Assembly (NCBI GenBank): GCA_965205855.1
Contig: OZ242184.1
Span: 704,001-768,000 of the forward strand
Direction: 5' to 3'
Origin: Thermodesulfobacteriota bacterium
GTDB lineage: Bacteria; Desulfobacterota_D; UBA1144; Nemesobacterales; Mycalebacteriaceae
Length of the DNA stretch: 64,000 bases
The notes beneath the pieces are model-generated. The model saw only the letters and a list, made by a program, of their open reading frames with translations. It was not told the DNA's origin and did no database searches. The first letter of the stretch is position 1, and each line of letters starts with the position of its first letter. Position numbers and translations under genes: made by a program. This document shows, piece after piece, positions 30,920-42,764 of the stretch.

Positions 30920-32830
30920 TTACTTGTAGCTCCTTGTGGTCGGTTTCACGAACTCAAAATTCAGGTTTTCCTTTATAAGTTCAGCGCGTTCCCCGGGGTT
31001 GTGTTTCCATGCCGATATATATGAGTAATTTTCATCATTGCGGAACGCTTCACCTTCTTCGGTCTGAAACTCTTCCCTGAAATGCCCTCCGCAGGATTCT
31101 TCCCTTTGGAGGGCGTCGCTTGCCATCAGCTCTCCGAGCTCAAGAAAATCCGCCACCCTGCCCGCCATTTCAAGGTTTTTGTTGATTGTGTCTGCGCCTT
31201 CGGGGATTGTGACATTGTTGTGAAATTCCTCTCTGAGTTTGGGAATTTCAGCAAGCGCATGCTTCAGTCCCTCTTTGCTTCTGGACATTCCAACATAGTC
31301 CCACATAACTTTTCCGAGTTCGCGGTGGAACTCAAGAACCGTTTTGTCTCCTTTGGCTGAGAGGAGCTTTTCGGTTTTCTTCCCGGTTTCTTCCGAACTC
31401 TGTCTAAATTCTGGTGCGTCTGTACCGACCTTTGGCAGTTCGGCTCCGGCAAAATACTCGCCGATTGTGTAAGGAATCACAAAATAGCCGTCCGCGAGTC
31501 CCTGCATAAGCGCGCTTGCGCCGAGCCGATTTGCTCCATGGTCGGAGAAATTCGCTTCTCCCAGAACAAAAAGACCGGGGATTGTGCTCATCAATCCGTA
31601 GTCAACCCATAGCCCGCCCATACAGTAATGAACCGCAGGATATATTCTCATTGGAACCTTGTAGGGATTCTCATCGGTAATTTTCTGATAGATATCAAAA
31701 AGGTTTCCATATTTTTCCTTTACTGAGCGCTCTCCGAGCCGCTCTATTGCAGATGCAAAGTCCAGATAGACAGAAAGTCCGGTCTCTCCTACTCCGCTAC
31801 CCTCGTCGCATATGGCTTTTGCCGCCCTTGAGGCCACGTCCCGTGGCACAAGGTTTCCATATGCCGGATACTTTCTCTCAAGATAGTAATCTCTTTCATC
31901 TTCGGGTATTTCGTCGGGTCTTCTCTTGTCGCCCTTAGTTTTCGGAACCCACACTCTTCCGTCATTTCTGAGGCTTTCGCTCATAAGAGTCAGTTTTGAT
32001 TGATGGTCTCCCGATACCGGAATGCAAGTTGGGTGTATCTGCGTAAAACATGGATTTGCGAAAAGCGCGCCTTTTTTATGGCAGCGCCAAGCCGCCGTTA
32101 CATTGGAATTTCTTCCGTTTGTGGACAGATAGTAGATGTTGCCGTATCCGCCGGTTGCGAGAACGACCGCATCCGCGGCGTAGGTTTCAATATTGCCATT
32201 TATCAGATTCCTGCACACCACTCCGCGCGCTTTTCCGTCAACAACAACAAGGTCAAGCATTTCCCTCATCGGGAAAATGTCTACTCCGCCCTTGTCCGCC
32301 TGACGCATAAGGGCGCTGTATGCTCCGATAAGAAGTTGTTGCCCGGTTTGACCGCGCGCATAAAAAGTTCTTGAAACCTGTGCTCCTCCAAAAGAGCGGT
32401 TTTCAAGCATCCCTCCGTAGTCTCTGGCAAAAGGCACCCCTTGAGCTACGCACTGATCTATAATTCCAGCACTTATTTCGGCCAGCCTATAAACATTTGC
32501 CTCTCTGGACCTGTAGTCTCCACCTTTGATGGTGTCATAGAAAAGACGCCAAACGCTATCTCCGTCATTCTGGTAGTTTTTCGCCGCGTTGATTCCTCCC
32601 TGAGCTGCGACGCTGTGAGCTCTTCGTGGGGAATCTTGTATGCAGATGTTTTTTACTTTATATCCCAGCTCAGCAAGTGATGCGGAAGCTGATGCTCCGG
32701 CAAGGCCGCTACCTACCACGATAACCTTAAAACCGCGTTTGTTCGCAGGGTTAACAAGCGGAACACCGGACTTGTATTTTGTCCATTTCTCCTCAATATT
32801 GCCTTCGGGAATTTTCGCGTTAAGAGACAA
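30920..32830 (-). CDS. sdhA: Succinate dehydrogenase/fumarate reductase flavoprotein
   Basis: [19 protein letters not shown] and HGANRLGA. Probable TTG start at 32830. Confidence 0.95.
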   Translation of the reverse strand: MSLNAKIPEGNIEEKWTKYKSGVPLVNPANKRGFKVIVVGSGLAGASASASLAELGYKVKNICIQDSPRRAHSVAAQGGINAAKNYQNDGDSVWRLFYDTIKGGDYRSREANVYRLAEISAGIIDQCVAQGVPFARDYGGMLENRSFGGAQVSRTFYARGQTGQQLLIGAYSALMRQADKGGVDIFPMREMLDLVVVDGKARGVVCRNLINGNIETYAADAVVLATGGYGNIYYLSTNGRNSNVTAAWRCHKKGALFANPCFTQIHPTCIPVSGDHQSKLTLMSESLRNDGRVWVPKTKGDKRRPDEIPEDERDYYLERKYPAYGNLVPRDVASRAAKAICDEGSGVGETGLSVYLDFASAIERLGERSVKEKYGNLFDIYQKITDENPYKVPMRIYPAVHYCMGGLWVDYGLMSTIPGLFVLGEANFSDHGANRLGASALMQGLADGYFVIPYTIGEYFAGAELPKVGTDAPEFRQSSEETGKKTEKLLSAKGDKTVLEFHRELGKVMWDYVGMSRSKEGLKHALAEIPKLREEFHNNVTIPEGADTINKNLEMAGRVADFLELGELMASDALQREESCGGHFREEFQTEEGEAFRNDENYSYISAWKHNPGERAELIKENLNFEFVKPTTRSYK

Positions 32831-32837
32831 CAGCCAC

Positions 32838-33512
32838 CTACCCTCCCCACCCCGCAATATATATCCATAACGGTATCAGCAAGAAACCCGCGGACAATAT
32901 GACAGCCATAAAATAGCCCGTCACGGCCAGGACTGGCATATATTTTTTATTTATGGCTCCAATTGATTGAAATGCGCTCCAGTAACCGTGACGTAGGTGA
33001 AAACCGAGAAAAACCATCACCGCCATGTAGAGAACAACGTTGAGTGGGCTGCGAAAAAATTCATATACCAATCTGTAAAGGTCTCTTGAGATCTCACCGT
33101 TAATTTCAGTTACGTAGCCCTCCGCTATTCCGGGCCCGAATCTGAATGATATGACGTGCCAAACTGCAAAGACTCCAAGCACAACGCCGGTGTAAATCAT
33201 GTTCCTTGAAAAAGCGGGTTTTGTTACCGATGCTTTTCCTCCGGAGTTTGCCACATACTTTTCATTGCGGGCTTTTCTGTTGTTTATTGTAACCGCGACT
33301 GAGCTGATTATGTGCGCCGCGAACAGAACAAGCAATCCTATTTCAATTGCCGTGAGAACCCATCCCAGGTTAAAAAGGAAATGAGCGTAGGAATTAAAAT
33401 GAATAGGGTCTTTGCTGAAAAGAGTAAGGTTGCCCAGCAGATGAAATGTTATGAAAGATATAAGGCCTATGCCGGTGAGTCCGTTGAGGATTTTTTTTGC
33501 AACCGATGACAT
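32838..33512 (-). CDS. sdhC: Succinate dehydrogenase cytochrome b558 subunit
   Basis: Five TM helices with heme His residues (FHLLGN, AHI, WHV, FHLRHG). Confidence 0.9.
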   Translation of the reverse strand: MSSVAKKILNGLTGIGLISFITFHLLGNLTLFSKDPIHFNSYAHFLFNLGWVLTAIEIGLLVLFAAHIISSVAVTINNRKARNEKYVANSGGKASVTKPAFSRNMIYTGVVLGVFAVWHVISFRFGPGIAEGYVTEINGEISRDLYRLVYEFFRSPLNVVLYMAVMVFLGFHLRHGYWSAFQSIGAINKKYMPVLAVTGYFMAVILSAGFLLIPLWIYIAGWGG

Positions 33513-33519
33513 TCTGTTT

Positions 33520-34458
33520 TCAATCCGCAACGGCATCTATTTTATCGCATAACTCTTTTACCCGTGAGGAAGAAAGACGTAACTCTTCGGATTCTTTTTC
33601 TGTGAGTTCTATTTGAACTATCTCTTCCGCCCCTCCCGCGCCGAGTTTAACCGGAAGACCGGCAAAAATTCCGTTAATTCCATACTCTCCCTCTGCAAGC
33701 ACGCAACACGGAAGTATCTGTTTTTTGTCTTTGATTATTGCTTCGGCCATCAGAGCTGCGGAGGCTCCGGGGGCGTAGAAAGCACTTCCCGTTTTTAACA
33801 GCGCAACAATTTCGGCTCCTCCCTTGCGGGTTCTCTCTATGAGCGAGTCTATATTATCCTGCGGAAGAATATCCGTAAGAGGAATACCGGAGACTGTTGT
33901 GTAGCGCGCGAGAGGCACCATATCATCTCCGTGCCCTCCGAGAACAAATGCGTCTATATTTTCAACGGAAACATTAAGCTCGGAAGCTATGAAAGTTTTG
34001 AAGCGTGCGGAATCAAGAACACCCGCCATGCCAATGACGCGCTGTTTGGAGAATCCGCTTGTTTGATAAGCCGTATAGACCATCGCATCAAGTGGGTTTG
34101 TTACGAGAATAAGAATGGCATCGGGAGATTTTTCTGCCACTTGTCTGACGACATTACGAACGATTTTTGTATTTGTGGCAAGAAGGTCATCTCTGCTCAT
34201 GCCGGGCTTTCTGGCAATGCCGGAGGTAATTATTACAATGTCCGACCTCGCGGTTTCTTCGTATCCGTTACTTCCGCAAACCTTTATATTGACTCCCAAC
34301 ACGGCGCACATCTGCATAATATCGAGTGCCTTGCCCTGTGGCATATCATCAATGATGTCAACTATTACCACATCACCAATCTCAAGCTCCGCCACCCTGA
34401 GGGCGCAGGTTGCCCCGACATTGCCACCGCCAATTACGGAAATTTTTGGTCTTGCCAT
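33520..34458 (-). CDS. mdh: Malate dehydrogenase (LDH-like)
   Basis: [16 protein letters not shown] and LGGHGD. Confidence 0.96.
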   Translation of the reverse strand: MARPKISVIGGGNVGATCALRVAELEIGDVVIVDIIDDMPQGKALDIMQMCAVLGVNIKVCGSNGYEETARSDIVIITSGIARKPGMSRDDLLATNTKIVRNVVRQVAEKSPDAILILVTNPLDAMVYTAYQTSGFSKQRVIGMAGVLDSARFKTFIASELNVSVENIDAFVLGGHGDDMVPLARYTTVSGIPLTDILPQDNIDSLIERTRKGGAEIVALLKTGSAFYAPGASAALMAEAIIKDKKQILPCCVLAEGEYGINGIFAGLPVKLGAGGAEEIVQIELTEKESEELRLSSSRVKELCDKIDAVAD

Positions 34459-34483
34459 ACCAGTAGCCTCTCTTACGGTTTGA

Positions 34484-35863
34484 TCAGTCCATGTTGTCAA
34501 CTATGGACTTTCCGAACTCACTGCATTTCAGAAGGGTCGCGCCATCCATCAGACGCTCAAAGTCATAAGTTACAGTTTTCTTTTCAATTGATTTTGATAT
34601 GCCTTTTTCAATAAGAACCGCGGCTTCATACCAGCCCATGTGCTTGAGCATCATAACTCCCGAAAGGATTACAGAACTCGGGTTCACTTTATCCTGACCG
34701 GCATACTTGGGCGCCGTTCCATGAGTTGCCTCAAAGATTCCGTGACCGGTTTCGTAGTTTATGTTTGCCCCCGGAGCTATGCCAATTCCTCCGACTTGAG
34801 CCGCGAGAGCGTCTGACAGGTAGTCTCCGTTAAGGTTCATCGTTGCTATTACATCAAACTCTTTGGCTCTTGTGAGAACTTGTTGAAGCACTATGTCGGA
34901 AATGGCGTCTCTGACCATCAGTTTGTTTTTGTATTTCCCGTCTCCGTGGGAAGGGTAGATTGAGTTTACAACACCTTCGACTTCGGCACAGAGTTCGTCT
35001 TTTTGCGCCGCAGTCATCATGTCATATCCCGGCTCTATCTTTTTCGCGTTATTCTCAATACTGATTTCCGCACTTCTGTCTTTGTTGTCCAGTATCCAGC
35101 TTTCTCTCTCAGTTATCGTTTCACCGCGAAACTCCGAGGTTGCCACCTCAAAGCCCCAATCTTTAAAAGCGCCCTCGGTGAACTTCATGATATTCCCCTT
35201 GTGAACAAAGCAGACGTTTTTGCGCCCTTCATCCAGAGCATAGCGAATTGCCGCGCGCACAAGGCGAGAGGTTCCCTCTTTTGAAACGGGTTTGATTCCT
35301 ATCCCGGAAGTTTTTGGGAAGCGGATTTTGTCCACTCCCATTTCTTTACACATAAATTCTATAATTTTTTTCACTTCTGGAGTTTCCGCTCTCCATTCAA
35401 TTCCCGCATAGATGTCTTCCGAGTTTTCTCGGAAAATCACCATGTCAACATCTTGAGGCCTCTTAACCGGGCTAGGGACTCCTTCATACCACTTAACCGG
35501 TCGCAGGCAAACGTAGAGATCGAGTATTTGCCTGAGAGCGACATTCAGACTTCTTATGCCGCCGCCGATTGGTGTTGTCAGGGGACCCTTGATTCCCACA
35601 AAGTATTTTTTAAAACTTTCCACTGTTTCTTCGGGAAGCCAGTTTCCAGTTTCGTTGAAGGCTTTTTCTCCGGCGAGTACCTCGGTCCATACAATTTTTT
35701 TCTTACCGCCATAGGCTTTTTCAATAGCCGCGTCAAACACATATTGAGAGGACTTCCAAATGTCGGGACCCGTACCGTCTCCTTCAATAAAAGGAATTAT
35801 GGGGTTGTCGGGAACTTCAAGATGTCCACCCTTTTTTATTTTTATTTGTTGTCCTTCAGACAT
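34484..35863 (-). CDS. icd: NADP-dependent isocitrate dehydrogenase
   Basis: EGDGTG, KGPLTTP, HKGNIMK, NLNGDY and [10 protein letters not shown]. Confidence 0.96.
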   Translation of the reverse strand: MSEGQQIKIKKGGHLEVPDNPIIPFIEGDGTGPDIWKSSQYVFDAAIEKAYGGKKKIVWTEVLAGEKAFNETGNWLPEETVESFKKYFVGIKGPLTTPIGGGIRSLNVALRQILDLYVCLRPVKWYEGVPSPVKRPQDVDMVIFRENSEDIYAGIEWRAETPEVKKIIEFMCKEMGVDKIRFPKTSGIGIKPVSKEGTSRLVRAAIRYALDEGRKNVCFVHKGNIMKFTEGAFKDWGFEVATSEFRGETITERESWILDNKDRSAEISIENNAKKIEPGYDMMTAAQKDELCAEVEGVVNSIYPSHGDGKYKNKLMVRDAISDIVLQQVLTRAKEFDVIATMNLNGDYLSDALAAQVGGIGIAPGANINYETGHGIFEATHGTAPKYAGQDKVNPSSVILSGVMMLKHMGWYEAAVLIEKGISKSIEKKTVTYDFERLMDGATLLKCSEFGKSIVDNMD

Positions 35864-36024
35864 TATGTTTTGCTCCTTGCTGTTTCGAAAAGGTTTGAGA
35901 AAGATGAATTTCAGTTGATGGAATAATAATTACGCATTTTCTTTTGTCAAACAACCCGCAGGTTCAAACCGTAATATCGGAGATTGGAATCGGTGTCTCA
36001 ATTCTCCCGACTATCGTCCTCGGT

Positions 36025-38703
36025 TTATATCATCTGTCTCAAGACAGTCTGAAGTATGCCTCCGTCATTGTAGTATTCCACTTCAATCGGGCTGTCTAGG
36101 CGGCAGATTGCGGTAAAGGTTTTCTCGTCCGTTCCGTTGTGATATCCAACCTGAACTTCGGCACCGGGTGAGATTTCATTCGATAATCTGGTTATAGAAA
36201 AAGTTTCAAATCCGGTAAGGGAAAGTGTTTTGGCATTTTCTCCCGACTTGAACTGCAGAGGTAGAACTCCCATCCCAACCAGATTGCTACGATGGATTCT
36301 TTCATAGCTTTCTGCGATTACGCATTCGACCCCCAAAAGAGATGTTCCCTTTGCGGCCCAGTCGCGTGAACTTCCGGTTCCGTATTCTTTTCCCGCGATT
36401 ATTACAAGCGGAGTGGACTCCTTCATATATTGTTCTGCGGCATCGTATATTGCCATCCGTTGCCCCGAAGGTATGTGAATTGTCCACCCTCCTTCAGTGT
36501 CTGGAACCATAAGGTTTCTGATTCTTATATTGGCAAATGTTCCCCTCATCATAACTTCGTGATTTCCACGCCGTGCGCCGAAACTGTTGAAGTCTTCCCG
36601 CCGAACTCCCTTGGATATGAGATGTTTTCCCGCGGGCCCGTCGGGCTGTATAACGCCGGCGGGTGAAATATGGTCTGTTGTTACCGAGTCTCCAAGAACG
36701 GCAAGGGCTCTTGCCCCTTCTATTTTTTCGGCACGGTTGCCGCCTCCCGCTCCGTTGGGCGAAAAATCTTTAAAGAAAGGCGGATTCTGTATGTATGTGG
36801 AATTTTCGTTCCAATCGAAAAGAGGTTTTTGCGGCGCGGAAAGTTCCGACCACATCTCGTCTCCATCAAAAACTTTGGAGTATTGCCGTCTGAACATTTC
36901 CGGACTCACGGCTTGCAGGATAGTTGAGTTTATCTCGTCCTGGCAGGGCCAGACATCTTTCAGATAAACATCATTGCCGTTTTTGTCTTTTCCGAGCGGC
37001 GAGGAGAGGATGTCTTTGTTTATGTTTCCCGCAAGAGCAAAAGCGACCACAAGCGGCGGGGACGCAAGATATGAGAATTTAACAAGGGGGTGAATCCTGC
37101 CCTGAAAGTTTCTGTTTCCGCTCAGAACGGCCGCGCAGGTGAGGTTTCCCTTTTTAATTCCTTCCCCAACAGTTTCGGGAAGCGGTCCGCTGTTTCCGAT
37201 GCAGGTTGTGCAACCGTATCCGACAAGATTGAAGCCCAACGTTTCAAGGGGGTCGAGAAGTCCTGCGGCAGAAAGGTAATCCGTAACAACTCTGGAGCCG
37301 GGAGCGAGGCTTGTTTTTACATAAGGTTTTACGCAAAGACCCTTTTCAACGGCTTTACGGGCAAGAAGTCCCGCGGCTAGCATAACGGACGGATTGGAGG
37401 TGTTTGTGCAGCTTGTAATGGCCGCGATAACAACCGACCCGTCCCCTATTTCATGACTCTCCTGTTCCATTTCAATCCGGACTTTGCCAGTGCTTGAGCC
37501 GTCGGTTTTTTCTTTCAGGCTTTTCTCATAAGAAAGCTTTAGATTTGTAAGCGGAACCCTGTCCTGAGGCCTGTCTGGCCCGGCAACCGAGGGCACAACC
37601 GTTGAAATGTCAAGTTCAATTATGTCGGTGTATTTGGGGGATTCTTCTCCCGGTTTTCTGAAAAGAGCCTGCTCAATAGCGTATTTTTCAACCAGCTTGC
37701 ACCTGTCGCCCCTTCCGGTTGAGTCCATATAACGCAAAGTTTCCGAATCGGTTGGAAAAAATCCCATGGTTGCTCCGTATTCGGGAGCCATGTTTGCTAT
37801 GGTTGCCCTGTCGGAAAGTGACAGTGTTGAGAGTCCGTCTCCGTAAAATTCCACGAATTTTCCGACAACTCCTTTTTCTCTTAACATTTCCGTTACCGTA
37901 AGAACCACATCGGTTGCGGTGATGCCATCGGAAGGCTGTCCGGTAACCTTGAATCCTATTACTTCTGGTACCAGCATATACAGGGGTTGTCCGAGCATGC
38001 AGGCTTCCGCTTCTATTCCTCCTACTCCCCAACCGACTACACTCAGTCCGTTTATCATTGTCGTGTGAGAATCGGTTCCTACAAGGGTGTCGGGATACGC
38101 GACCGTCTTTCCGTCATTTTCCGATGAAGCGACAACGCTTGCCAGGCACTCAAGGTTGACCTGATGTACTATTCCGGTGCCAGGGGGAACGACTCTGAAA
38201 TTGTTAAAAGAGTTCTGAGCCCATTTTAGAAACTGATAACGTTCCCTGTTTCTTTTGTATTCCAATTCAACATTTTTTGAAAAAGACTTTTTCGTCGAGA
38301 AAAAATCAACCTGTATGGAATGGTCGATTACCAAATCAACCGGAATCACGGGGTTGATGCGCAAATAGTCTGCCCCTTCAATCCCGCCGACGGCGGAGCG
38401 CATAGAGGCAAGGTCGGCAACGCACGGGACGCCGGTAAAATCCTGAAGAATGACCCTTGCCGGTTTATAGGGTATCTCCTGTGTTGACTTTCCGCCTTTC
38501 CAGTTTGCAAGAGCGCACACATGTTCCTCCGTAACCGTTTTTCCGTCGTAGTTTCTGAGAGCATTTTCCAAAAGGATTTTTATGGAAAAAGGGAGTTTGG
38601 AAATATCTGTTTTTAGATTTTTTTCAAGATTAGCAAGGGAGTATATGGAGTAATTTTCCCCTCCCACCTTTATTTCTTTCAGAGTGGTGAATTTGTCTTG
38701 CAT
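36025..38703 (-). CDS. acnA: Aconitate hydratase A
   Basis: QDFTGVP, GTDSHT, ITSCTNTSN, GCTTCIGNSG and GSSRDWAAKG. Confidence 0.97.
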   Translation of the reverse strand: MQDKFTTLKEIKVGGENYSIYSLANLEKNLKTDISKLPFSIKILLENALRNYDGKTVTEEHVCALANWKGGKSTQEIPYKPARVILQDFTGVPCVADLASMRSAVGGIEGADYLRINPVIPVDLVIDHSIQVDFFSTKKSFSKNVELEYKRNRERYQFLKWAQNSFNNFRVVPPGTGIVHQVNLECLASVVASSENDGKTVAYPDTLVGTDSHTTMINGLSVVGWGVGGIEAEACMLGQPLYMLVPEVIGFKVTGQPSDGITATDVVLTVTEMLREKGVVGKFVEFYGDGLSTLSLSDRATIANMAPEYGATMGFFPTDSETLRYMDSTGRGDRCKLVEKYAIEQALFRKPGEESPKYTDIIELDISTVVPSVAGPDRPQDRVPLTNLKLSYEKSLKEKTDGSSTGKVRIEMEQESHEIGDGSVVIAAITSCTNTSNPSVMLAAGLLARKAVEKGLCVKPYVKTSLAPGSRVVTDYLSAAGLLDPLETLGFNLVGYGCTTCIGNSGPLPETVGEGIKKGNLTCAAVLSGNRNFQGRIHPLVKFSYLASPPLVVAFALAGNINKDILSSPLGKDKNGNDVYLKDVWPCQDEINSTILQAVSPEMFRRQYSKVFDGDEMWSELSAPQKPLFDWNENSTYIQNPPFFKDFSPNGAGGGNRAEKIEGARALAVLGDSVTTDHISPAGVIQPDGPAGKHLISKGVRREDFNSFGARRGNHEVMMRGTFANIRIRNLMVPDTEGGWTIHIPSGQRMAIYDAAEQYMKESTPLVIIAGKEYGTGSSRDWAAKGTSLLGVECVIAESYERIHRSNLVGMGVLPLQFKSGENAKTLSLTGFETFSITRLSNEISPGAEVQVGYHNGTDEKTFTAICRLDSPIEVEYYNDGGILQTVLRQMI

Positions 38704-38753
38704 TTTTATTTTTCCTTTTTTACTTGGATTATCCCTTACTGGCGGTTCCGGCC

Positions 38754-39986
38754 CTAATCAACTCGCCTAAGAACAATTGAGGAGTTTGTGCCGCCGAATC
38801 CGTACGAATTTGTAATAATAGTTTTCAATTTCGCTTCACGCGCCTCACCCGGCACGTAATCAAGGTCGCATTCGGGGTCTTTATTTAAAAGATTAATGGT
38901 TGGCGGTATCACCGAGTGTTTAATTGCCAGAGAGCAAAGTGAAGCTTCTACCGTTCCGGTCGCTCCAAGCATATGTCCGGTCATTGATTTTGTTGAGCTT
39001 ACAGGAATGTCATACGCACCGTTTCCGAAAACATTTTTTATCGCGGCGGTTTCATTTGAGTCATTAAGCTTTGTGGAGGTGCCGTGCGCGTTGATATAGT
39101 CAATATCTTCGGGATTGACGCCAGAATTTCGAAGTGCCATTTCCATGCATCTCACAGGCCCTTCAAGTGACGGAGCCGTTATGTGGTATGCGTCCGCGCT
39201 CATTCCAGACCCCAGCACTTCCGCATATATGTTTGCTCCGCGCGCCTTTGCGAATTCAAACTCCTCCATAATTACTATTCCGGCGCCTTCGGCGAGAATA
39301 AAACCGTCTCTGTCTCTGTCGAAAGGTCTTGATGCGGCCTCGGGATCGTCATTTCGGGTTGAGAGCGCTTTTATAACATTGAATCCGGCAATGGTAAGAG
39401 GAACAAGCGGGGCTTCGCTTCCACCCGCTATCATGGCGTCTGCGTCTCCGTTCTTAATCAGCATTGCCGCAAGAGACAGAGAATGACTGCTTGCCGCGCA
39501 TGCCGTTGTGGTGCTACAGTTGGGTCCGCGTGCGTTGAATCTTATTGAGACATATCCGGCCGCCATGTTTGTTACCACATTGGGAATGAAAAACGGTGAA
39601 ACCCTTTTGGGACCTTTATCGTCAAGAATCCGAACCATATCGCAGTACGTTTCCGTTCCGCCAATTCCCGATGCGATTATGACACCGACTCTTGGTGACA
39701 GATCGTCATTGATTTTAAGACCTGAATCTTCAATGGCCAAATGGGTTGCCGCAACCGCGTAGTGGATGAATGCATCATCCCTGCGCGCTTCGCGTTCGGT
39801 CATAAAATCTTCGGGACGGAAGTTTTTTACCTCTCCCGCTATCCGGGTTTTATGGTTTGAAGTGTCAAACCTGCTTATTTCACCAACGCCGCTTTTACCG
39901 GTGCAGATACCTTCCCAGGTTTCCTTGTGACCGATGCCGAGAGGAGTTAGAAGACCGATTCCGGTAATGACGACTCTACGCGTCAT
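38754..39986 (-). CDS. fabF: Beta-ketoacyl-ACP synthase II
   Basis: [17 protein letters not shown] and GFGGTN. Confidence 0.96.
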   Translation of the reverse strand: MTRRVVITGIGLLTPLGIGHKETWEGICTGKSGVGEISRFDTSNHKTRIAGEVKNFRPEDFMTEREARRDDAFIHYAVAATHLAIEDSGLKINDDLSPRVGVIIASGIGGTETYCDMVRILDDKGPKRVSPFFIPNVVTNMAAGYVSIRFNARGPNCSTTTACAASSHSLSLAAMLIKNGDADAMIAGGSEAPLVPLTIAGFNVIKALSTRNDDPEAASRPFDRDRDGFILAEGAGIVIMEEFEFAKARGANIYAEVLGSGMSADAYHITAPSLEGPVRCMEMALRNSGVNPEDIDYINAHGTSTKLNDSNETAAIKNVFGNGAYDIPVSSTKSMTGHMLGATGTVEASLCSLAIKHSVIPPTINLLNKDPECDLDYVPGEAREAKLKTIITNSYGFGGTNSSIVLRRVD

Positions 39987-40236
39987 CTCCTTGCTTCTCC
40001 TTTATAAAACCAACTGCGTCTTGAACGGTAATGATTTTTTCGACATCTTCGTCCAGAACTTCAATTCCGAACTCGTCTTCTATCGACATTATCAGTTCAA
40101 CCAGATCAAGAGAATCAGCTCCCAAATCGTCAATGAAAGACAACTCGGGTTCTATTTCTTCGACAGGTTTGCCAAATTGCTGGGCTATCATCCCTTTAAC
40201 TTTGCCAACAATTTCCGTTTCTTTTTGCTGAGACAT
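39976..40236 (-). CDS. acpP: Acyl carrier protein
   Basis: [12 protein letters not shown]. Confidence 0.96.
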   Translation of the reverse strand: MSQQKETEIVGKVKGMIAQQFGKPVEEIEPELSFIDDLGADSLDLVELIMSIEDEFGIEVLDEDVEKIITVQDAVGFIKEKQGDDA

Positions 40237-40280
40237 TGAATGTCCTCCTTATGTTTTTTATTTTTTATATCTTTTACAGG

Positions 40281-41033
40281 TTAAATGTAAAGACCGCCGT
40301 TTACTTTTATAACCTCTCCCGTTATGTAAGAAGCTTTTTCCGATGCCAGGAAAGCAACAACGCCGGAAATATCTTCAACCTTGCCATACCTGCCAAGCGG
40401 TATTGATCCAAGATATATGCGTTTCATATCTTCTGGGATATGAGCCGTGATGTCGGTTTCCACAAATCCCGGGCTTATTGCGTTCACTGTTACTCCACGG
40501 GATGCAAACTCCTTTGCCGCCGATTTTGTGAAGCCAATTATACCCGCCTTTGCGGAAGAATAGTTTATTTGACCGGGATTTCCCATATCGCCCACCACAG
40601 ATGTTATGTTGATTATCCTTCCGTATTTTTCTTTCAGCATATTTCTTGCCACTGCTTTTGTACAGTTAAAAACCCCTTTCAGGTTTATATTGACAACGTT
40701 GTCCCAGTCCTTTTCGGTCATTCTGACAAACAGTTTGTCTTCTGTGATTCCGGCATTGTTGACAAGTATTTGAATCCCGTTTTTTTCAACAAAGGGTTTG
40801 AGGTTTTTGTTAACCTCTTTGTAATCGGAAACATCAAAACGAACGGTTTTACCGTTGCCTCCGTTCTGTTTTATATGCTCAAGTGTTTCCTGGGCGCACT
40901 CGGAGTTTGAAGTGTAGTTCACTATTACGTAGCAACCTTGCGATGCAAGATCCATTGCGGTCTGCCTGCCTATTCCTCTTGACGCTCCGGTAACAAGGGC
41001 GGTTTTGCCCTTGAGTTTTTCTTCAAAACTCAT
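40281..41033 (-). CDS. fabG: 3-oxoacyl-ACP reductase
   Basis: TGASRGIG, NNAGIT and YSSAK. Confidence 0.95.
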   Translation of the reverse strand: MSFEEKLKGKTALVTGASRGIGRQTAMDLASQGCYVIVNYTSNSECAQETLEHIKQNGGNGKTVRFDVSDYKEVNKNLKPFVEKNGIQILVNNAGITEDKLFVRMTEKDWDNVVNINLKGVFNCTKAVARNMLKEKYGRIINITSVVGDMGNPGQINYSSAKAGIIGFTKSAAKEFASRGVTVNAISPGFVETDITAHIPEDMKRIYLGSIPLGRYGKVEDISGVVAFLASEKASYITGEVIKVNGGLYI

Positions 41034-41037
41034 CTTA

Positions 41038-41970
41038 TTAAATCTTATGCAAATGCTCAGTCATTTCAAGACTTGTGGTTTCCACATCTTTGACGGTTCT
41101 CCTTATGAGTCCGCAGAGCACTTTTCCGGGACCTATTTCAATAAATCTACCGACTCCCATGTTCTTCATATATTCCACTGACTCACACCATTTGACCGGA
41201 TTTGTTATTTGCTCCAGCAATAATTTTTTCACTCTTTCCGGCTCTGTGTTACGAGTTGCCTCAAGGTTGGTGACAACAGGCACGTTGATGGGGGATATTT
41301 CTATATTCTCAAGAATTTCGGTGAGTTTTTCAGCCGCTGGGCGCATCAGGGAGCAATGGAAGGGAGCGCTCACTTTTAACGCTATGGCTTTCTTTGCTCC
41401 GCTCTCAAGCGCGGATTGCGAAGCGTTTTTCACGGCATGGGCGTGTCCTGATATGACCGTCTGTTCGGGTGAATTATAGTTTGCGGGTGAAACATGCCCC
41501 CCGTTAACGGAGCAATTTACGCATATGTTTCCAACTTCTTCTTTTCCCAGACCTATTATTGCCGCCATTGCTCCTCCGCCGGAGGGAGCTGCTTTCTGCA
41601 TTAGCTCCCCTCTTTTTCTGACAGTTCTCAACGCATCCGCAAATTCAATCGCCCCCGTCGCGACAAGGGCTGAGTATTCCCCAAGACTGTGCCCCGCGAC
41701 AAATTCTGGCGCAATGCCAGTTTCCTTTCTCATGACATATAGGGCCGCGATACTGGCTGTCAGAATGGCGGGCTGCGCATTGGCGGTCAGACTCAGGGTT
41801 TCTTCATCGGAGTTAAAGCAAAGGTCTGCCATGTCTTCGCCCAAAGTATCGCTTGCCTGTTCAAAAACCGAGCGTGCTTCGGGAAAGTTATCGTGGAAAT
41901 CCTTTCCCATTCCGACATTTTGCGACCCTTGACCGGGAAAAACGAACGCTATCATTTTAATTTGATTCAC
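41038..41970 (-). CDS. fabD: Malonyl-CoA:ACP transacylase
   Basis: FPGQGSQ, GHSLGEY and APFH. Confidence 0.95.
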   Translation of the reverse strand: MNQIKMIAFVFPGQGSQNVGMGKDFHDNFPEARSVFEQASDTLGEDMADLCFNSDEETLSLTANAQPAILTASIAALYVMRKETGIAPEFVAGHSLGEYSALVATGAIEFADALRTVRKRGELMQKAAPSGGGAMAAIIGLGKEEVGNICVNCSVNGGHVSPANYNSPEQTVISGHAHAVKNASQSALESGAKKAIALKVSAPFHCSLMRPAAEKLTEILENIEISPINVPVVTNLEATRNTEPERVKKLLLEQITNPVKWCESVEYMKNMGVGRFIEIGPGKVLCGLIRRTVKDVETTSLEMTEHLHKI

Positions 41971-41984
41971 TCCGAAACGGATGA

Positions 41985-42182
41985 CTATTCATCCGCTTCT
42001 CCGGATTCATTTCCTCTTAAAAAGTTTCTTCCTTTGTAATGACCGCAGTGCGGACATGCCCTGTGAGGATGCATTTTTTCATTGCATTCGGGGCACTTTG
42101 AAGACGCGGGATTTGCCGCTTTGTAATGGGTTCTTCTTTTCCTGGATTTGGAAGTTGAAGTTTTTCTTTTTGGAACTGCCAT
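41985..42182 (-). CDS. rpmF: 50S ribosomal protein L32 (Zn-binding type)
   Basis: MAVPKRK...CPEC...HRACPHCG. Confidence 0.95.
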   Translation of the reverse strand: MAVPKRKTSTSKSRKRRTHYKAANPASSKCPECNEKMHPHRACPHCGHYKGRNFLRGNESGEADE

Positions 42183-42208
42183 CGTTTTCTCCTTTTTCTT
42201 GCCGACTT

Positions 42209-42685
42209 TTAAGACAAATTAAGTTGTTTCAATACCTCAAACTTGGAGTCCATTTTTTGTTTTGGACACGCACAAGGTTTTTCGTTCAAATCCGCTCCGC
42301 AATCGGAACAAAGCCCTTTGCAATTGCCTTTGCAAATAAGCCTTTCCGGCATTGCTATTGCGACCTGCTCTTTCATATCATCGGAAACATCTATGATGTT
42401 TTCTTTTTCGGGCAGAGGGATAAAAGCGTCAATATTGTGTTTGATTTTGCTTTGCGCGGGTTTCAGGCATCTTGAACACGGTTCAAGAAGCTCGAAAGAC
42501 AATTTGCCCACAATCCATAGTTGCTCGTCTACCTTTTTGACGCCAACGCTGAAAAAAACCGGCGATACGAGTTTTACTTTGCCTTTGTCATCGGTTATTT
42601 CACTTATGTTGGTCAACCATGGAGAGTTTTTTGAGACTTCAAAAAACAGGCGCTCATCTCCGATTTCTTCTTTTCTGAAAATCAT
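42209..42685 (-). CDS. yceD: YceD/DUF177 family protein
   Basis: CSRCL...CKGLCSDCGADLN; lies upstream of rpmF. Confidence 0.88.
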   Translation of the reverse strand: MIFRKEEIGDERLFFEVSKNSPWLTNISEITDDKGKVKLVSPVFFSVGVKKVDEQLWIVGKLSFELLEPCSRCLKPAQSKIKHNIDAFIPLPEKENIIDVSDDMKEQVAIAMPERLICKGNCKGLCSDCGADLNEKPCACPKQKMDSKFEVLKQLNLS

Positions 42686-42764
42686 CCGTTTGTCACGAGG
42701 GTTTTAAGGATAGAGTCAAATATAAATACTGGCGTGTCTTTTGCAAATCCGCCTTTGTTTTCTT

